Below, piece after piece: positions 61,297-64,000 of a stretch of DNA of 64,000 bases. Every line of letters begins with the position of its first letter. Position 1 is the first letter of the stretch. Source of the stretch: Octopus sinensis. Taxonomy: Eukaryota. Location: assembly GCF_006345805.1 (NCBI RefSeq), contig NC_042998.1:135036001-135100000 (forward strand). Reading direction: 5' to 3'. A program made the translations under genes and the position numbers. The notes beneath the pieces were generated by a model that worked only from the letters and a program-made list of their open reading frames with translations, was not told the DNA's origin and made no database searches.

Positions 61297-62139
61297 GCTA
61301 TTACTTGATAGGAAATATCTTGGCTTTAGTATTTATTGAACTAGTGTTGCAATGTTACTGCAAGAATGCCTTTTTTGAAGAAGGGAGAAGTGTCATTCCA
61401 GGTTTGTGAAAGAGATTCCAGGTCTCGGATATGGTCACACAGTGTAATCAGGAAACTGAGACGTAGGAATAGTTTCACTTCAGGCCTTATTTTTCAGTTT
61501 GTGCTTAACTTCACACACCTCTTTGATTCTTTGTGCATCTTGAATGCATGTGTAGGGACAGTGTAAATAATGAAGTGGACAGTTGAAAACATTGATTAGG
61601 TAAAATCAAGTCAAACCTTAAATTGGTATCTGATCTTCATGTGTATGGTGTCTGCCATTATAATCAGGATTGGTTGATGATCTCCATGTCAAATGCTGGG
61701 TGTAGCTGACTTTTTTTTGTTCATGATGTCATGGATTGACTGATGGGGGTGGGCTCAACTCATGCATGAATGCCAACACAAGTATAAGGAAGTACTATTG
61801 CAGCAGCAGGGGAAGCCTTAGTTTGCCAGTTCTGCTAGATCATTGTTCTTGCACTGGATTCTTTGGTTAGGGCATGGACTGTTTTTAGTATCATGTCCAG
61901 TGGTACTACCTTGGTTTGTTGAGTATCTGCTTATGGTAGAAAGGAAAGGTTGGCAGACTCATATAGGACACTAAATTCTTCTGCATAGTTGTATGATGTG
62001 AGAAGTAGATATTGGGCTTTTGTGGGAAATTCTCTGATAGATGATTATGCTGACTATAGGGGAGATTTATCATTATTTAATGCCAAGAAAATTAGATTTA
62101 AACATTGGATTTCTATGATATAGGAAAGGATTAAGTAAC

Positions 62140-64000
62140 TATATAAAGAGAGTCTGCCGAATGTTGACCCAACAGAGGGACCAGCTATCCGAGTTGATAG
62201 TTCCGTGGTAGCTAAGGCAATTAGAAGCATGAAGACAGGAAAAGCCCCAGGCCCATCAGGAATCACTGCAGAGATGCTCAAAATGTCTGGTAGTGTCGGC
62301 TATAGCCTAGTCACCCATATAGTTAATCAGGTGATACACAAAGGAGTCATACCCAATGACTGGTGTAGCAGCATAATAGTCAACTGCTACAAAAGTAAAG
62401 GTGACGCCCTAGATACAAATAACTACAGAGGTATCAAGCTGTTGGATCAGGTGATGAAGGTTACGGAGAGGGTCATAGCCCAACTAATTAGAGAGAGAGT
62501 TAGTTTAGATGAGATGCAGTTTGGGTTTGTGCCAGGGAAAAGTACTACTGATGCTATATTCCTGGTAAGGCAGCTGCAGGAGAAATACCTAGCCAAAGAT
62601 AAGCCCCTGTACCTGGCTTTTGTTGACATGGAGAAAGCCTTCGACAGGGTCCCCCGATCCCTTATCTGGTGGGCAATGAGGAAACTAGGGATAGATGAAT
62701 GGTTAGTGAGAGCTGTGCGGGCCATGTATAGGGACGCTGCTAGTAGGGTGAGGGTTGGAAACGAGTACAGTGAAGAATTCGGGTAGAGGTAGGGGTACAC
62801 CAAGGCTCAGTACTCAGCCCCCTCCTATTTATCATAGTCCTCCAGGCAATAACGGAGGAATTCAAGACAGGATGCCCTTGGGAGCTCCTCTATGCTGATG
62901 ACCTTGCTCTAATTGCTGAGTCGCTATCAGAACTGGAGGAGAAGTTTCAGGTGTGGAAACAAGGATTAGAATCGAAGGGCCTCAGAGTCAATCTAGCTAA
63001 AACCAAAGTCGTAATCAGTAGGAAGGTAGACAAATCACAAACGCCTTCAGGTAGATGGCCCTGCTCGATCTGTAGAAAAGGTGTAGGTAGAAACTCTATA
63101 AGATGCACCAAGTGTAAGCTATGGACACATAAGAGATGCAGCAATGTCAAAGGAAGGCTAACTAGGAAGATGGTTTTTGTATGTGGCAGATGCTCAGGAA
63201 CAATAAACACTGAAAATGCTCTGAGACCAACTTCCGTCACTTTCCAGGGAGAAAAACTAGAAATAGTTGATAGTTTCCGTTACCTAGGTGACCAAGTCAG
63301 CAGCGGGGGCGGGTGTGCTGAAAGTGTAACTGCTATAGTAAGAATAGCTTGGGCAAAGTTCAGAGAGCTCTTACCTCTGCTGGTGACAAAAGGCCTCTCG
63401 CACAGAGTGAAAGGCAGACTGTATGATGCGTGTGTACGAACAGCCATGCTACATGGCAGTGAAACATGGGCCGTGACTGCTGAGGATATGCGTAAGCTCG
63501 CAAGAAATGAAGCCAGTATGCTCCGATGGATGTGTAATGTCAGTGTTCATAATCGACAGAGTGTAAGAAAAGCTGGACCTAAGAAGCATCAGTTGTGGTG
63601 TGCAAGAGAGACGATTGCGCTGGTATGGTCATGTGGCGAGAATGGATGAAGATAGTTGTGTGAAAAAGTGCCACACCCTAGCGGTTGAGGGAACCTGTGG
63701 AAGAGGCAGACCCAGGAAAACCTGGGACGAGGTGGTGAAGCACGACCTTCGAACTTTAGGTCTCACTGAGGAAATGACTAGAGACCGAGTCCTCTGGAAG
63801 TGTGCTGTGTGCGAGAAGACCCGGCAGGACAAGTGAGTCCATAACCCGTGGCCTTCTACTTGGGATGGAGCCAGCCTACGTATGCATACCTTCCCTTCTT
63901 GGGACACAAAACTCTACTTGTGAAGACCTGTTGAGGCAAGTGAGGATCAGAATCGAAATCGATCAATGGAAATTGCAGATGTGTTACCAGTGCGGTGGCA
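62140..64000 (+). mobile_element. Young 5'-truncated RTE (BovB-like) LINE: RT, C-terminus and 3'UTR
   Basis: GKAPGPSG, NYRGIKLL, QFGFVPG, FVDMEKAFDRV, GVHQGSVLSPLLF, LLYADD, RGRPRKTW; frameshifts near 62780 and 63565; stop at 63836; continues past the window end. Confidence 0.96.

Noticed and set aside
1162-61566. Most short ORFs in the supplied track (YIYIYI, CVCVC, MYVC, Phe/Leu-rich)
   Set aside because: They are translations of microsatellites, SINEs or antisense transposon frames.

Overview
AT-rich, repeat-dense eukaryotic genomic DNA. The SINE families and (TA)n/(TATG)n/(GAT)n microsatellites resemble a coleoid cephalopod (Octopus-like); this species call is inference. Host genes, both on +: (1) the last six coding exons of a carnitine O-palmitoyltransferase 1 (CPT1) gene (2094-9401, all phase-0 GT-AG junctions); (2) the first two coding exons of a probable GM130/GOLGA2-type golgin (37177-37239, 58677-58799), behind a CpG-retaining promoter zone and split by a 21.4 kb intron. 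The rest is decayed transposons: Tigger/pogo, maT (DD37D), Tc1 (DD34E), mariner, TTAA-flanked MITEs, RTE and other LINEs, tRNA-derived SINEs and five or six Penelope-like (PLE) fragments. Most notable: minimal type-I hammerhead ribozymes, including a pair in opposite arms of a 518-bp foldback; an unclassified CpG-rich element with a long hairpin and overlapping ORFs at about 35-36 kb; and candidate microexon/recursive and alternative splice sites in the golgin gene. Exon, ribozyme and TIR coordinates were read base by base. Boundaries of decayed repeats are approximate, and all homology calls come from motif recognition, not database searches.
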